DNA of 59,461 nucleotides, from assembly GCA_039808105.1 (NCBI GenBank), contig JBDHSN010000001.1, forward strand, positions 1 through 59,461, given 5' to 3'. Numbering within the stretch: the first letter of the stretch is position 1; each line of letters begins with the position of its first letter. Under the pieces are notes generated by a model. It was not told where the DNA came from. It was given only the letters and a program-made list of their open reading frames with translations, and did no database searches. A program made the position numbers and the translations under genes. Shown here one piece after another: positions 47,890 through 57,707 of this stretch. Source of the stretch: Rhodospirillales bacterium (lineage in GTDB: Bacteria > Pseudomonadota > Alphaproteobacteria > Rhodospirillales > Defluviicoccaceae).

Positions 47890-48921
47890 ATGGCGACAGG
47901 TCGCGTGATACCGCCGATGCTCGGACTGTGCACGGCGCTGCTGGTTCTGGCGGCGCTCTATGCGGCGCAGTCGATCCTTGCGCCGGTCGCCTTCGCCCTC
48001 TTCGCCATCGCCATCGTCTGGCCGTTGCAGCGGGCGCTGAAGGCGAAGATGCCGGCGGGGCTGGCGCTGGTGATCACCCTCATCGTCGCCGTTACCGTCA
48101 TCTCGGCGCTCGGCTGGCTGGCGGTATGGGGCTTCGGCACGGTTGGGGAATGGGCGATCGACAACAGCGGCCGCCTGCAGACCCTCTACCGCCGGTGGGC
48201 GGTGCTGCTGGAGCAGCAGGGTCTCTATTCCGCCGGACTGCTGGCCGAGACGTTCGACATGATGTGGCTGCTGCGGGCGCTGGGGGACGTCGCCGGCCAC
48301 CTTCGCGAGATCATCAGCTTCACCGGCATCACGCTGGTGTTCATGATCCTCGGGCTGCTGGAGGTGCCGGTAGTGGCACGCCGGCTGCGGAGCTTGCAGC
48401 AACCGGTCTGCGGGCAGACGGTGCTCCACACCTGCACCTCGATTGCCCGCAAGTTCCAGAAGTACATGCTGGTGCGCACGCTGATGAGTGCCATTACCGG
48501 CCTCGGCGTGTGGGGTTTCGCCTCGCTTGCCGGGCTGCAACTCGCGCGCGAGTGGGGCGTCATCGCCTTCGTGCTGAACTATATTCCGTTCATCGGCCCG
48601 CTGGTGGCGACGGCGCTGCCGGCGCTGTTCGCCATTGCCCAGTTCGAGTCGTGGCAGATGCCGGTGGTCGTCTTCGCCGGGCTCTACGCGCTGCAGTTCC
48701 TCACCGGCAGCTACATCGAGCCGCTGATCGCCGGCAAGGCGCTGGCCGCCTCGCCGTTCATGGTGCTGTTCGCGGTGTTCTTCGGGACTTTCCTGTGGGG
48801 AATTCCCGGTGCGTTCATCGGCGTTCCCATCCTGATCGCGCTGGTGACCATCTGCGAGAACGTCGCGGCGCTGCGCTGGATAGCGGGTTTGCTGTCCGGC
48901 CCGCCCAGCGCCGCCGGCTGA
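47890..48921 (+). CDS. AI-2E family transporter
   Basis: LNYIPFIGP, IEP..AG and LWGIPGAFIGVP. Confidence 0.88.
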   Translation: MATGRVIPPMLGLCTALLVLAALYAAQSILAPVAFALFAIAIVWPLQRALKAKMPAGLALVITLIVAVTVISALGWLAVWGFGTVGEWAIDNSGRLQTLYRRWAVLLEQQGLYSAGLLAETFDMMWLLRALGDVAGHLREIISFTGITLVFMILGLLEVPVVARRLRSLQQPVCGQTVLHTCTSIARKFQKYMLVRTLMSAITGLGVWGFASLAGLQLAREWGVIAFVLNYIPFIGPLVATALPALFAIAQFESWQMPVVVFAGLYALQFLTGSYIEPLIAGKALAASPFMVLFAVFFGTFLWGIPGAFIGVPILIALVTICENVAALRWIAGLLSGPPSAAG

Positions 48922-49088
48922 CGCGAGCCTTGGGCGATGGATCGCCCTGCTTTTCCCGTCCTGCGTGCAGCGAATACACTCTCTGCTCCGCCTTCGACGA
49001 CTTTCGCTTGACTGCAACGGCGGGGTACGCCCTTGATCCCGCCATCGTCCCTCGGCGCGGCCGCTCACCAGCGGCCAAACTTTATGAA

Positions 49089-50216
49089 ATGGGAAGGGGT
49101 TGCGTGTCCGCACAGGCAAGACGGGCTGGAAGCGCGTTGAGGCGGAAACTGACGGCCTTGGTCGTCGCCGGGTGCTCGGCGGTGGTGCTGTCCTGCCGGC
49201 CGGCCGAGGAACCCGCCGCCGAGCCGATCCGGCCGGTGCGGGTGGTCACCGTCGGCGAGCAGGCGAAGGGCGAGACCATTTCCCTCACCGGCCATATCCA
49301 CGCCGAAGAGGAGGTGAATCTGTCCTTCCGCACCGGCGGTCGGGTGATCGCGCGATCGGTCAATGTCGGTGACCGGGTTCGGGCTGGCCAGGTCGTCGCC
49401 CGCCTCGAGGAAGAGCCGGCGCGCAATGCGCTGATCTCGGCGCAGGCCAATCTGGTTTCGGCGCGCGGCCTGCTGACCCGGGCGCAAAACGACTACGAGC
49501 GCCAGCGTTCGCTGCTGGATCGGGGCTTCACCACCTTCGTGCGCTACGATCAAGCCCTGCAGGAGCGGCTGGCGGCGCAAGCGCAGGTGGATGCGGCGCA
49601 GGCACAGCTCAACAAGGCTCGGGACGACCTCGGCTTCACCCAGATGATCAGCGATCAGGCTGGCGCCGTCACCGCCATCGGCGCCGAGCCCGGGGAGGTG
49701 GTGCAGGCCGGTCAGATGGTCGTACAGGTGGCGCATCAGGGCGGGCGGGACGCGGTGTTCGAGGTTCCCGAGCGGGTGATCCGCATCGCCCCGCCCGATG
49801 CGCTGGTGACGGTCGCGCTGGCGTCGGATCCGGCGGTGCAGACGACCGGAAAGGTTCGCGAGGTCTCCCCGCAGGCCAATCCGGTGACCCGCACCTTCCG
49901 CGTCCGGGTGGGCCTCAGCGACGTGCCGACGGCGATGCGACTGGGCTCGACGGTAATCGGCACGGTGCAGCTGGCCGAGGCGGCGGGCACCCAGGTCCCG
50001 GCGTCGGCGCTGACCCGCGCCGACCGGCAGCCGGCGGTGTGGGTCGTTGATCCCGTCACCACCACCGTCTCGCTCCGCCCCATCGCCGTCGAGCGCTACG
50101 ACCTCGCCCGCGTCATCGTCGGCTCCGGCCTGCAGCCGGGCGACGTGGTGGTGGTCGCCGGTGTGCAGACGTTGCGACCCGGCCAGAAGGTGCGGCTGCT
50201 CGGGGCGACCTCGTGA
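49089..50216 (+). CDS. RND efflux periplasmic adaptor (MFP)
   Basis: Lipobox-like LSC, RPVRV, LSFRTGG, V..GD.V..GQ and TRTF.VR. Start approximate. Confidence 0.9.
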   Translation: MGRGCVSAQARRAGSALRRKLTALVVAGCSAVVLSCRPAEEPAAEPIRPVRVVTVGEQAKGETISLTGHIHAEEEVNLSFRTGGRVIARSVNVGDRVRAGQVVARLEEEPARNALISAQANLVSARGLLTRAQNDYERQRSLLDRGFTTFVRYDQALQERLAAQAQVDAAQAQLNKARDDLGFTQMISDQAGAVTAIGAEPGEVVQAGQMVVQVAHQGGRDAVFEVPERVIRIAPPDALVTVALASDPAVQTTGKVREVSPQANPVTRTFRVRVGLSDVPTAMRLGSTVIGTVQLAEAAGTQVPASALTRADRQPAVWVVDPVTTTVSLRPIAVERYDLARVIVGSGLQPGDVVVVAGVQTLRPGQKVRLLGATS

Positions 50217-53200
50217 GCGGTTTCAACCTTTCGGAATGGGCGCTGCGCCACCGCTCGCTCATTCTCTTCTTCATGATCGTCTCGGTCGTCGCCGGCCTCA
50301 TCTCCTACTCCCGCCTCGGCCGCGGCGAGGATCCCCCGTTCACCTTCCGGGCGATGGTGGTGCAGGCGCAATGGCCAGGGGCGACGCTCGACGATACCCT
50401 GCTACAGGTCACCGAGCGGCTGGAGCGCAAGCTGCAGGAGGTGCCGCACCTGGACTTCCTGCGCAGCTACACCAAGGCCGGCGTCACCACCATCTTCGTC
50501 AACCTGCGCGGCGATACGCCGCCGGCGATCGTGCCCGACCTGTGGTACGAGGTGCGCAAGAAGATCGGGGACATTCGCCACACCCTGCCGAACGGCATCG
50601 TCGGCCCCGGCTTCAACGACGATTTCGGCGATACCTTCGGCATCATCTACGCCTTCACTGCCGATGGCTTCAGTCACCGCGAGCTGCGCGACAAGGTCGA
50701 GGATATCCGCTCGCGGCTGCTGCAGGTGCCCGACGTTTCCAAGATCGAGATCCTCGGCGCCCAGGACGAACGCATCTTCGTCGAATTCTCGATGGAGACG
50801 ATCGCCGGCCTCGGCCTCGACCGCGGCGAGCTGCTGCAGGCCCTGCAGGCACAGAACATCGTTCGCCCGGCGGGCGTGCTGCAGACCGACGAGGACGCGC
50901 TGTCCGTCCGCGTCTCCGGCGCGTTCCGGTCGGAAGACGATATCCGCAACGTCAACTTCGTCGCCGGCGGCCGCATGCTCCGTCTCGGCGACATCGCCGA
51001 GGTGCGCCGCGGCTACGCCGATCCGCCGCAGCCGATGTTCCGCATCAACGGCCAGCCGGCGATCGGCCTTGCCATCGCCATGCGCGACGGCGGCGACATC
51101 CTGGCTCTCGGCCGCAACGTCAAGACGGTGATGACCGAGCTGAGCGCCGACCTGCCGATCGGCGTCGAGGCAAAGCTGGTCGCCGACCAGGCGGTCACCG
51201 TCGACGAGGCGATCGGCGATTTCACCGAGTCGCTGTGGCAGGCGATCGTCATCATCCTCGTCGTCAGCTTCGTCAGCCTCGGCCTGCGCCCCGGCACCGT
51301 CGTCGCCACCGCCATCCCGCTGACGCTGGCGCTGGTGTTCCCGGTGATGGAGATGATGCACATCGACCTGCAGCGCATCTCCCTTGGCGCGCTGATCATC
51401 GCGCTGGGGCTGCTGGTCGATGACGCGATGACCACCGTCGATGCGATGATCCGCCGCCTCGCCGAGGGCGACGACATGATCAGCGCCGCCGGCTTCGCCT
51501 ACCGCACCCTCGCCTTTCCGATGCTGACCGGCACCTTCATCACCATGGCCGGTTTCGTGCCCATCGGCTTCGCCCGCAGCGCCGCCGGCGAATACACCTT
51601 CTCCATCTTCGCCGTGGTCAGCATCGCGCTCGTCGTCTCGTGGTTCGTCGCGGTGCTGTTCACGCCGCTGGTCGGAGCGGCGATGCTGAAGAAGCCGGCG
51701 CAGAAAGAGGACGCCTCCGACGGCGGTCCCACCTTGCGCATCTACCGGGGACTGCTCGTCGGCGCCATGCGGGTGCGCTGGCTTACCATCCTGGTGACGG
51801 TCGGCGTCTTCGTCGCCTCGATCCTCTGCCTGCCGCTGGTGCCGCGCCAGTTCTTCCCGCCGTCCGACCGGGTGGAGCTCCTCGTCGACCTGCGGCTGCC
51901 GCAGAACGCCTCGATCTTCGCCTCGGAAGCGATGGTCGAGCGCTTCGAGGCGGCGCTGCGCGATGACCCCGACATCGCCCGCTGGAGCACCTATATCGGC
52001 CGCGGCGCCATCCGCTTCTACCTGCCGCTCGATGTCCAGCTCGCCAACCCGTTCTTCTCGCAGGTGGTCATCGTCGCCAAGGACATCGACGCCCGCGAGC
52101 GCCTGCACGCCAAGCTGGAAAAGAAGCTGGAGGAGCAGTTCCCCGAGGTCGTCTCGCGCATCTCGCCGCTGGAACTGGGGCCGCCGGTCGGCTGGCCGGT
52201 GCAGTACCGGGTGAATGGCCCCGATATCAGCATGGTGCGTGATATCGCGCTGCGTCTTTCGCAGATCATCGCCGCCGATCCCAACACGCGGCTGACCAAC
52301 TTCGACTGGATGGAGCCGGCGCGCGAGCTGCGGATCAGCGTCGATCAGGATGAAGCCCGCCAGCTCGGCGTCAGCTCGGAGATGCTGGCGCGGGTGCTCA
52401 ACGCCCACATCACCGGCACCGTCGTCACCCAGGTCCGCGATTCCATCTATCTCATTGACGTCGTCGCGCGCGCCGCCGGCGGCCAGCAGATGTCCATCGC
52501 CACCCTGCGCAACCTGCCGGTGCCGCTGCCCAATGGCAGCACCATCCCGCTCAGCCAGTTCGCCACCTTCGAGTACGGCCAGGAGTACCCGTTGGTCTGG
52601 CGCCGCGACCGGGTGCCGACGCTGACCGTGCAGGCCGACGTGGCGCCGGGCATCCTGCCGGAGACGGTGGTCGATGCACTGGCGCCGGAAATTGCGAGAC
52701 TGAACGCCGAGCTGCCGCCCGCCTACGCCGTCGACCTCGGCGGCATCGCCGAGGAGAGCGCCAACTCGCAGGCGTCGGTGGCGGCGGTCGTGCCGCTGAT
52801 GCTGCTGCTGATGCTCAGCCTGCTGATGATCCAGCTGAAGAGCTTCCAGCGCATGCTGATCGTGCTCAGCGTCGTGCCGTTGGGCCTGATCGGCGTCGTT
52901 TTCGGGCTGCTGCTCTCGGGACGCCCGCTCGGCTTCGTCGCCATCCTCGGCATCCTCTCGCTGGTCGGGATGATCGCCCGCAACGCGGTGATCCTGATCG
53001 AGCAGATCGAGATCGAGCGCGCCGAAGGCCGCGACGTGTGGACCGCGGTGATCGCCGCCAGCACCTCGCGATTCCGGCCGATCATGCTGACCGCCATCTC
53101 GACGGTGCTCGGCCTCATCCCGATCGCGTTCACGGTGTTCTGGGGGCCGATGGCCTTCGCCGTCATGGGCGGCATGCTGGTGGCGTCGGTGCTGACACTG

Positions 53201-53263
53201 ATCTTCCTGCCGACCCTCTACGTCACCTGGTTCAAGGGCACGGAAGGAGCGGCCGCCGCCTGA
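50213..53263 (+). CDS. RND efflux permease (AcrB/AcrD/AcrF family)
   Basis: FNLSEWA, EDPPFT, GLLVDDA and RFRPIMLTA. Confidence 0.95.
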   Translation: MSGFNLSEWALRHRSLILFFMIVSVVAGLISYSRLGRGEDPPFTFRAMVVQAQWPGATLDDTLLQVTERLERKLQEVPHLDFLRSYTKAGVTTIFVNLRGDTPPAIVPDLWYEVRKKIGDIRHTLPNGIVGPGFNDDFGDTFGIIYAFTADGFSHRELRDKVEDIRSRLLQVPDVSKIEILGAQDERIFVEFSMETIAGLGLDRGELLQALQAQNIVRPAGVLQTDEDALSVRVSGAFRSEDDIRNVNFVAGGRMLRLGDIAEVRRGYADPPQPMFRINGQPAIGLAIAMRDGGDILALGRNVKTVMTELSADLPIGVEAKLVADQAVTVDEAIGDFTESLWQAIVIILVVSFVSLGLRPGTVVATAIPLTLALVFPVMEMMHIDLQRISLGALIIALGLLVDDAMTTVDAMIRRLAEGDDMISAAGFAYRTLAFPMLTGTFITMAGFVPIGFARSAAGEYTFSIFAVVSIALVVSWFVAVLFTPLVGAAMLKKPAQKEDASDGGPTLRIYRGLLVGAMRVRWLTILVTVGVFVASILCLPLVPRQFFPPSDRVELLVDLRLPQNASIFASEAMVERFEAALRDDPDIARWSTYIGRGAIRFYLPLDVQLANPFFSQVVIVAKDIDARERLHAKLEKKLEEQFPEVVSRISPLELGPPVGWPVQYRVNGPDISMVRDIALRLSQIIAADPNTRLTNFDWMEPARELRISVDQDEARQLGVSSEMLARVLNAHITGTVVTQVRDSIYLIDVVARAAGGQQMSIATLRNLPVPLPNGSTIPLSQFATFEYGQEYPLVWRRDRVPTLTVQADVAPGILPETVVDALAPEIARLNAELPPAYAVDLGGIAEESANSQASVAAVVPLMLLLMLSLLMIQLKSFQRMLIVLSVVPLGLIGVVFGLLLSGRPLGFVAILGILSLVGMIARNAVILIEQIEIERAEGRDVWTAVIAASTSRFRPIMLTAISTVLGLIPIAFTVFWGPMAFAVMGGMLVASVLTLIFLPTLYVTWFKGTEGAAAA

Positions 53264-53277
53264 CCTCACGGCGGCCG

Positions 53278-53428
53278 TTGGAGACCTAGAGCTTGACCGA
53301 AAATGACGTAAGCAAAATCAATGCGCTAGGGCACTTCCCGCGTCATGCGCGGACTTGTTCCGCGCATCAGGTGGGGACTTTGCCTGCCGCAAGACGTGGC
53401 TGGCCGGGGCAAGCCCGGCCATGACGGT
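53278..53428. repeat. REP-derived element, left copy (AT-rich arm plus CGTC-tagged palindrome dimer)
   Basis: CGTCATGCGCGGACTTGTTCCGCGCAT...TGGCCGGGGCAAGCCCGGCCATGACG; its reverse complement aligns with 56185-56338. Confidence 0.8.
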
Positions 53429-54262
53429 TTAGCAGGCAGCGCCGAAAGCGCATTCCCCCTCGGGCGGCAGGGCGAAGGCGACGTCGTCCGTCGGGACCAC
53501 CGGCGCCTCGGCCACCGTTTCCGCCAGCGGCTGCGGCGGTGCGGCGGTGTCGGTGGCCTCGACCGCCTCCGGCGCTGCCGCAACGTCGGCCGCCGCCGCG
53601 CTATCGGGCTCGCTGTAGACGGCGTAGGTCTCCGGCTCGACGCTGCGCTGGCGACGCGCGCCGAGATTGATGCCGGCCCGCCAGTCGTAGAAGCGATGAT
53701 CGCCGATCTCGGCGACCGGCGGCGTACCGCCGAAATCGACCAGATAGGAGGAGACGCGGCCGCGCGCCGCCCGCGCCGCCACGATCTCGGCATTCTGGAA
53801 GAAGAGAGCGCCGTTGGTCAGATCCGGCAGCCGTCCGGCGAGAATGAGATTGAGGATGGTATCGAACTGGACGGTCTGCCACGGATCGAGCGGTGGCAGA
53901 TAGCGCCAGCCGCCGGCGCGGGTGGCCGGTTCGAACTGGTTCGGGGCATCGATGACGCCCTGCACCGTGCTATCGAAATGGCCGGAGTTGACGCGGTTGA
54001 GAATGGTGAAGATGACGGCAGCGATGCCTTCTTCGCCCTGATTGCCGGCCTCGGCATAGCTTACCCGGCCGAGGGCATCGCGATCTTCGTACGACAGGTA
54101 CGGTGAACCCGGCCATTGCGGTGCGGCGCCATCGACATAACTCGTGGTAGCCCCGCCCCCGGCGGCGGACGGGTCACCCGGCGCGTCGGCACCGGCGCAC
54201 GCGGCAAGCATCAGCAAGGCGGGAGCGGCAAGGAGGGAAAACCGCGCCTGGCGACTGACCAT
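53429..54262 (-). CDS. Cell-wall hydrolase (SleB/Hydrolase_2) lipoprotein
   Basis: Lipobox LAAC, YAEAGNQ, ILNRV, QFEP, GALFF and IGDHRFY. Confidence 0.85.
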   Translation of the reverse strand: MVSRQARFSLLAAPALLMLAACAGADAPGDPSAAGGGATTSYVDGAAPQWPGSPYLSYEDRDALGRVSYAEAGNQGEEGIAAVIFTILNRVNSGHFDSTVQGVIDAPNQFEPATRAGGWRYLPPLDPWQTVQFDTILNLILAGRLPDLTNGALFFQNAEIVAARAARGRVSSYLVDFGGTPPVAEIGDHRFYDWRAGINLGARRQRSVEPETYAVYSEPDSAAAADVAAAPEAVEATDTAAPPQPLAETVAEAPVVPTDDVAFALPPEGECAFGAAC

Positions 54263-54430
54263 CTTCCTCATCCTCTCAAGACGCCTGATACTTGCATCGG
54301 CCGCCGCACGATGCAACCGAACCCGCGCTATCGGCCGCTGTTCAGGGTGTTGCCGGCGGCAGGGCTGGCCAGATGGCCGTCGCGGGCGCGAATCGGCAGC
54401 CCGCGACGATGCGGCCGGACCGATGTCGGC

Positions 54431-54703
54431 TCAGTCGCCCTTGAGGCAGGTGCTCATGAACCGCTTCCTCGGGTCGCCCTTCAATCCCTTGAATTTCGCC
54501 TCGCGGCTGCAGTCCTTCATCCTTTTCTGCTGCGGCGTCAGGTCCTTCTTCGTCGTCGCCTTCGCGTCCTTGCCGGTGCTGCCGGTCTGCGGCGCGGTCG
54601 TTGCTGCCGCCGGGGCCGCCGGTGCAGCCTGCTGGGCGAACGACGGCGGCACCACCGCAAGCGTCACGGCGGCGATGAGTGCGGTTCCGAGAAGTCTTTT
54701 CAT
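54431..54703 (-). CDS. PsiF-repeat exported protein
   Basis: Signal peptide plus a single TPQQKRMKDC..EA...LKGD.RK.FMSTCLK repeat. Confidence 0.85.
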   Translation of the reverse strand: MKRLLGTALIAAVTLAVVPPSFAQQAAPAAPAAATTAPQTGSTGKDAKATTKKDLTPQQKRMKDCSREAKFKGLKGDPRKRFMSTCLKGD

Positions 54704-54990
54704 GGTTCCTGCTCCAAGTCGCTCCGATCGGTGCCATCCGATCATTGCCGCCGCCGAAGCCGCGTGCGGCGGGCGATTTCGGCGGCATTGTGGCATCGCC
54801 GGTCGTTATCAAAGGGTTGTGCCTGGATCACTGCCGCAGCTTGCGCGATACTATTCGCCGCCCGGTTGGCGCGAAATGAAAAGATGCGAAGCACAGCCGG
54901 GGCTAGGCTCGTCAGCCAATCAGCGGCGCATGGCGTCGCCCAGCGTCTCAAGATCCATGGTCATTCTGCAGCAGGCAGGGAGGAAGAAGC

Positions 54991-55620
54991 ATGAGCACAC
55001 CTGGTAACGGCCGGCACAGCCAGTGCGGGCGGAAATACGGCCTCGCGCTCGGTCTGATGCTGATCTCGGCGCTCGCGCTCTCCGCTCCGACGGCGCCGGC
55101 CTGGGCTCAGGCGGCCGGCATGTTCGGCACCGGCGACAGCGATACCATCACCATCAAGGCGACGGTGAAGGCCGTCGACCAGAAGAACCGGACCGTCACC
55201 CTCGTCGGCTCGAGCGGCGAGACCAAGACCGTCAAGGTCGGGCCCGACGTGCAAAACCTGGCGCAGGTGAAGCCGGGTGACATCGTCGTGGCGCGCTACA
55301 CCGAATCCGAGGCGTACGTCGTGGCGCCGGCCGGCACCAAGTCTCCTGACGACATGCTGGCTCTGGCTGCCGCACAGGCCGCGCCCGGCCAGTTGCCGGC
55401 GGGCGGCGTTGCCGGGATGACCGTCGCCACCGGCCTCGTCGTCGGCGTCAACCCGCCGGCCCACACCGTCTCGGTCGTCAATCCGGACGGCGGTGAGGTT
55501 CGCACCTTCACCATCAAGAACCCCGACTACCAGGGCATGCTGTCGTCCGTCAAAGTCGGCGACACGATCACCGCGGTCGTCTCGGAAGCCGTCGTTCTGG
55601 CGGTCGAGCCGGGGAAATAG
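54991..55620 (+). CDS. Exported hypothetical protein with two beta-rich repeats
   Basis: Signal peptide; repeats ATVKAVDQKNRTVTL...VKPGD.V and VVGVNPPAHTVSV...VKVGD.I; SD GGAGG. Confidence 0.75.
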   Translation: MSTPGNGRHSQCGRKYGLALGLMLISALALSAPTAPAWAQAAGMFGTGDSDTITIKATVKAVDQKNRTVTLVGSSGETKTVKVGPDVQNLAQVKPGDIVVARYTESEAYVVAPAGTKSPDDMLALAAAQAAPGQLPAGGVAGMTVATGLVVGVNPPAHTVSVVNPDGGEVRTFTIKNPDYQGMLSSVKVGDTITAVVSEAVVLAVEPGK

Positions 55621-55760
55621 CCGCAGGCCATCCCGAAGCGCCGGCGCGGCCGCTCCGTCCCGATTCTCGCGCGAGAGGCCGGTGCCGGGGGTTTAACGGT
55701 CGCGCCACCCGCACCGCCAGCGCGCGGTGCGGGCAAGCCGTGATTGCCAGGAGAAAGCCC

Positions 55761-56129
55761 ATGAACGGCCGCCGTACGATCGCCGTCTTTGTCCTTGCGC
55801 TGCTGCTGACCGGGCCGGCAAGGGCGGCATTCGAATGCCCGCGCCCCGAGCTCAGCGGACCGGGCGTGATCAGCCAGACGCCGCAGGAGCAGCAGGCTCT
55901 CGGCACGATGCTCACCGGCAGCGATGCCGAGAATCACCTTGGCGTCGCGGTCGCCGATCTGCAGAAGCGCTACCCGGGGGTCAGCGACAGCGAGATCGTC
56001 AACTACCTGCTCGGCGCCTATTGTCCGGTCGTCGCCGGAATGCCGGGACTGAGCGACGCCCAGCGCACCGGCAAGGTCGAGCAGTTCGCCGCAACCCTGT
56101 TCCGGCTGCTGTCGGCGCAGAAGCTGTAA
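55761..56129 (+). CDS. Exported hypothetical protein (two Cys)
   Basis: Signal peptide, FECP...LLGAYCPVVA...LSDAQRT; SD AGGAG. Confidence 0.7.
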   Translation: MNGRRTIAVFVLALLLTGPARAAFECPRPELSGPGVISQTPQEQQALGTMLTGSDAENHLGVAVADLQKRYPGVSDSEIVNYLLGAYCPVVAGMPGLSDAQRTGKVEQFAATLFRLLSAQKL

Positions 56130-56184
56130 TCTCGCTCAGCGTCTGACTCGAAATAAATCGCTTCGAATCAATGCCCTTCGACGT

Positions 56185-56338
56185 ACCGTGATGGCCGGGC
56201 TTGCCCCGGCCACCCACGTCCTGCGGCCGGTAAAGTCAACCAGGGATGCGCGCCACAAGTCCGCGTACGATGCGGGAAGTTGCTATAGCGCATTGATTTT
56301 TCTTACATTGTTTTCGGTAAAATCCTCGGTTCCTCCAA
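56185..56338. repeat. REP-derived element, right copy (inverted relative to 53278-53428)
   Basis: ACCGTGATGGCCGGGCTTGCCCCGGCCACCCACGTC...TAGCGCATTGATTTTTCTTAC...TTTTCGGT; roughly 80% identity by eye. Confidence 0.8.
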
Positions 56339-56384
56339 AAAGGCGCCCGGCCCTGTCGCCGGCGGGCGGCCGGCGAGCGCGCGC

Positions 56385-57608
56385 ATGGACCTGACGCTGC
56401 TGATCTTCCTCGTCGTTTATCTGGCGATGGGCCTTGGCCACCTGCCGGGCTTCCAGGTGGATCGCACCGGCGCCGCTCTCGTCGGCGCGCTGGCCATGCT
56501 CGGCGCCGGCCGGATCTCGCCCCAGGCGGCCTGGATGGCGATCGACTACGCGACCCTGGGCCTGCTGTTCGGGCTGATGGTGGTTTCCGCCGCCTTCGTC
56601 GTCTCCGGCTTCTACGCCTGGACGGCGGCGCGCATCGCTACCCTCGACGTGAAGCCACCGCTGCTGCTCGGCATCCTCGTTGCCGTCGGCGGCGGTCTCT
56701 CGGCGCTGCTGACCAACGACGTCGTGGTCGTGGCGATGACGCCGCTGCTGGTGACAATCACCCTGTCGCGCGGCCTGAACCCGATCCCCTTTCTCCTCGG
56801 CTTCTGCTTCGCCGCCAACACCGGCTCTGCCGGAACCATCATTGGCAGCCCGCAGAACATGATCGCAGCGCAGGGCCTCGGCCTGTCCTTCACCGGTTTT
56901 CTGAAGGTGGCCGGTCTGCCAGCCCTGCTCTCGCTGCCGATCGTCTGGGCGGTCATCACCCTGCTCTACCGCGGCCGCTGGCAGCGATCTCCCGCCGCCC
57001 CCACGGTCGCCACCACCATCACCGTCAACCACTGGGAAACGGCCAAGGCCGCCGTCGTCACCCTCGTCGTCGTCCTTGCCTTCATCGCCAGCGCGTGGCC
57101 GCGCGAGCTGATCGCCCTGTCCGCCGCCGCCCTGCTGCTGATCAATCGTCGCATCGCCTCGACCGACATGATGAAGAACGTCGATGGCAATCTCATCGTG
57201 CTGCTGATGGGGCTGTTCGTGGTCAACGCCGCGCTTGCCGCGACCGGCCTGCCGCAGCACCTGCTCGCCGAGCTGCGCACCGCCGGCTTCGACCTGCAGC
57301 AGCCGCTGTGGCTGTTCCTCGTCGCCTCGGTGCTCAGCAACATCGTCGGCAACAACCCGGCGGTGATGCTGCTGGTCCCCTCGCTCCATGCCAGCGGCGG
57401 GATCGACGCGATGGGTGCCGCGCTCGCCCTCGGTACCGGTTTTTCCAGCAATCTCGTGGTCTTCGGCAGCCTCGCCGGCATCATCGTCGTCGAGGCGGCG
57501 GCCAAGCATGGCGTCGTCATCTCGTTTGGGGAGTTCTGCCGCGCCGGCATTCCCGTGACCCTGGCCTGCATGGTCGTCGCCATCGCCTGGATCGCACTGC
57601 TGGTGTAG
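56385..57608 (+). CDS. ArsB/NhaD-superfamily anion permease
   Basis: DRTGAAL, LTNDVV, ANTGSAGTIIGSPQN, SNIVGNNP and GSLAGIIV. Confidence 0.85.
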   Translation: MDLTLLIFLVVYLAMGLGHLPGFQVDRTGAALVGALAMLGAGRISPQAAWMAIDYATLGLLFGLMVVSAAFVVSGFYAWTAARIATLDVKPPLLLGILVAVGGGLSALLTNDVVVVAMTPLLVTITLSRGLNPIPFLLGFCFAANTGSAGTIIGSPQNMIAAQGLGLSFTGFLKVAGLPALLSLPIVWAVITLLYRGRWQRSPAAPTVATTITVNHWETAKAAVVTLVVVLAFIASAWPRELIALSAAALLLINRRIASTDMMKNVDGNLIVLLMGLFVVNAALAATGLPQHLLAELRTAGFDLQQPLWLFLVASVLSNIVGNNPAVMLLVPSLHASGGIDAMGAALALGTGFSSNLVVFGSLAGIIVVEAAAKHGVVISFGEFCRAGIPVTLACMVVAIAWIALLV

Positions 57609-57641
57609 CCGGTTCAGGCGTCAGACCGAAACGGGAGTAAA

Positions 57642-57673
57642 CGGCCGGCCGGGATTTGACCCCCGGCCGGCCG
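57642..57673. terminator. GC-rich stem-loop between convergent genes
   Basis: CGGCCGGCCGGG-N8-CCCGGCCGGCCG. Confidence 0.6.
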
Positions 57674-57707
57674 ACCAATGCTCACCATGCGCCGCGAGCG
57701 GTCGCGC

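Noticed and set aside
50402-53269. Very long antisense ORFs (e.g. 955 aa here, 808 aa opposite glnE, 665 aa opposite the YhdP-like gene)
   Set aside because: Typical shadow ORFs produced by high GC3 codon bias.
53326-53793. ORFs reading through the repeat copies (also 56188-56394)
   Set aside because: Translations of REP palindromes or alternative frames of the hydrolase gene.
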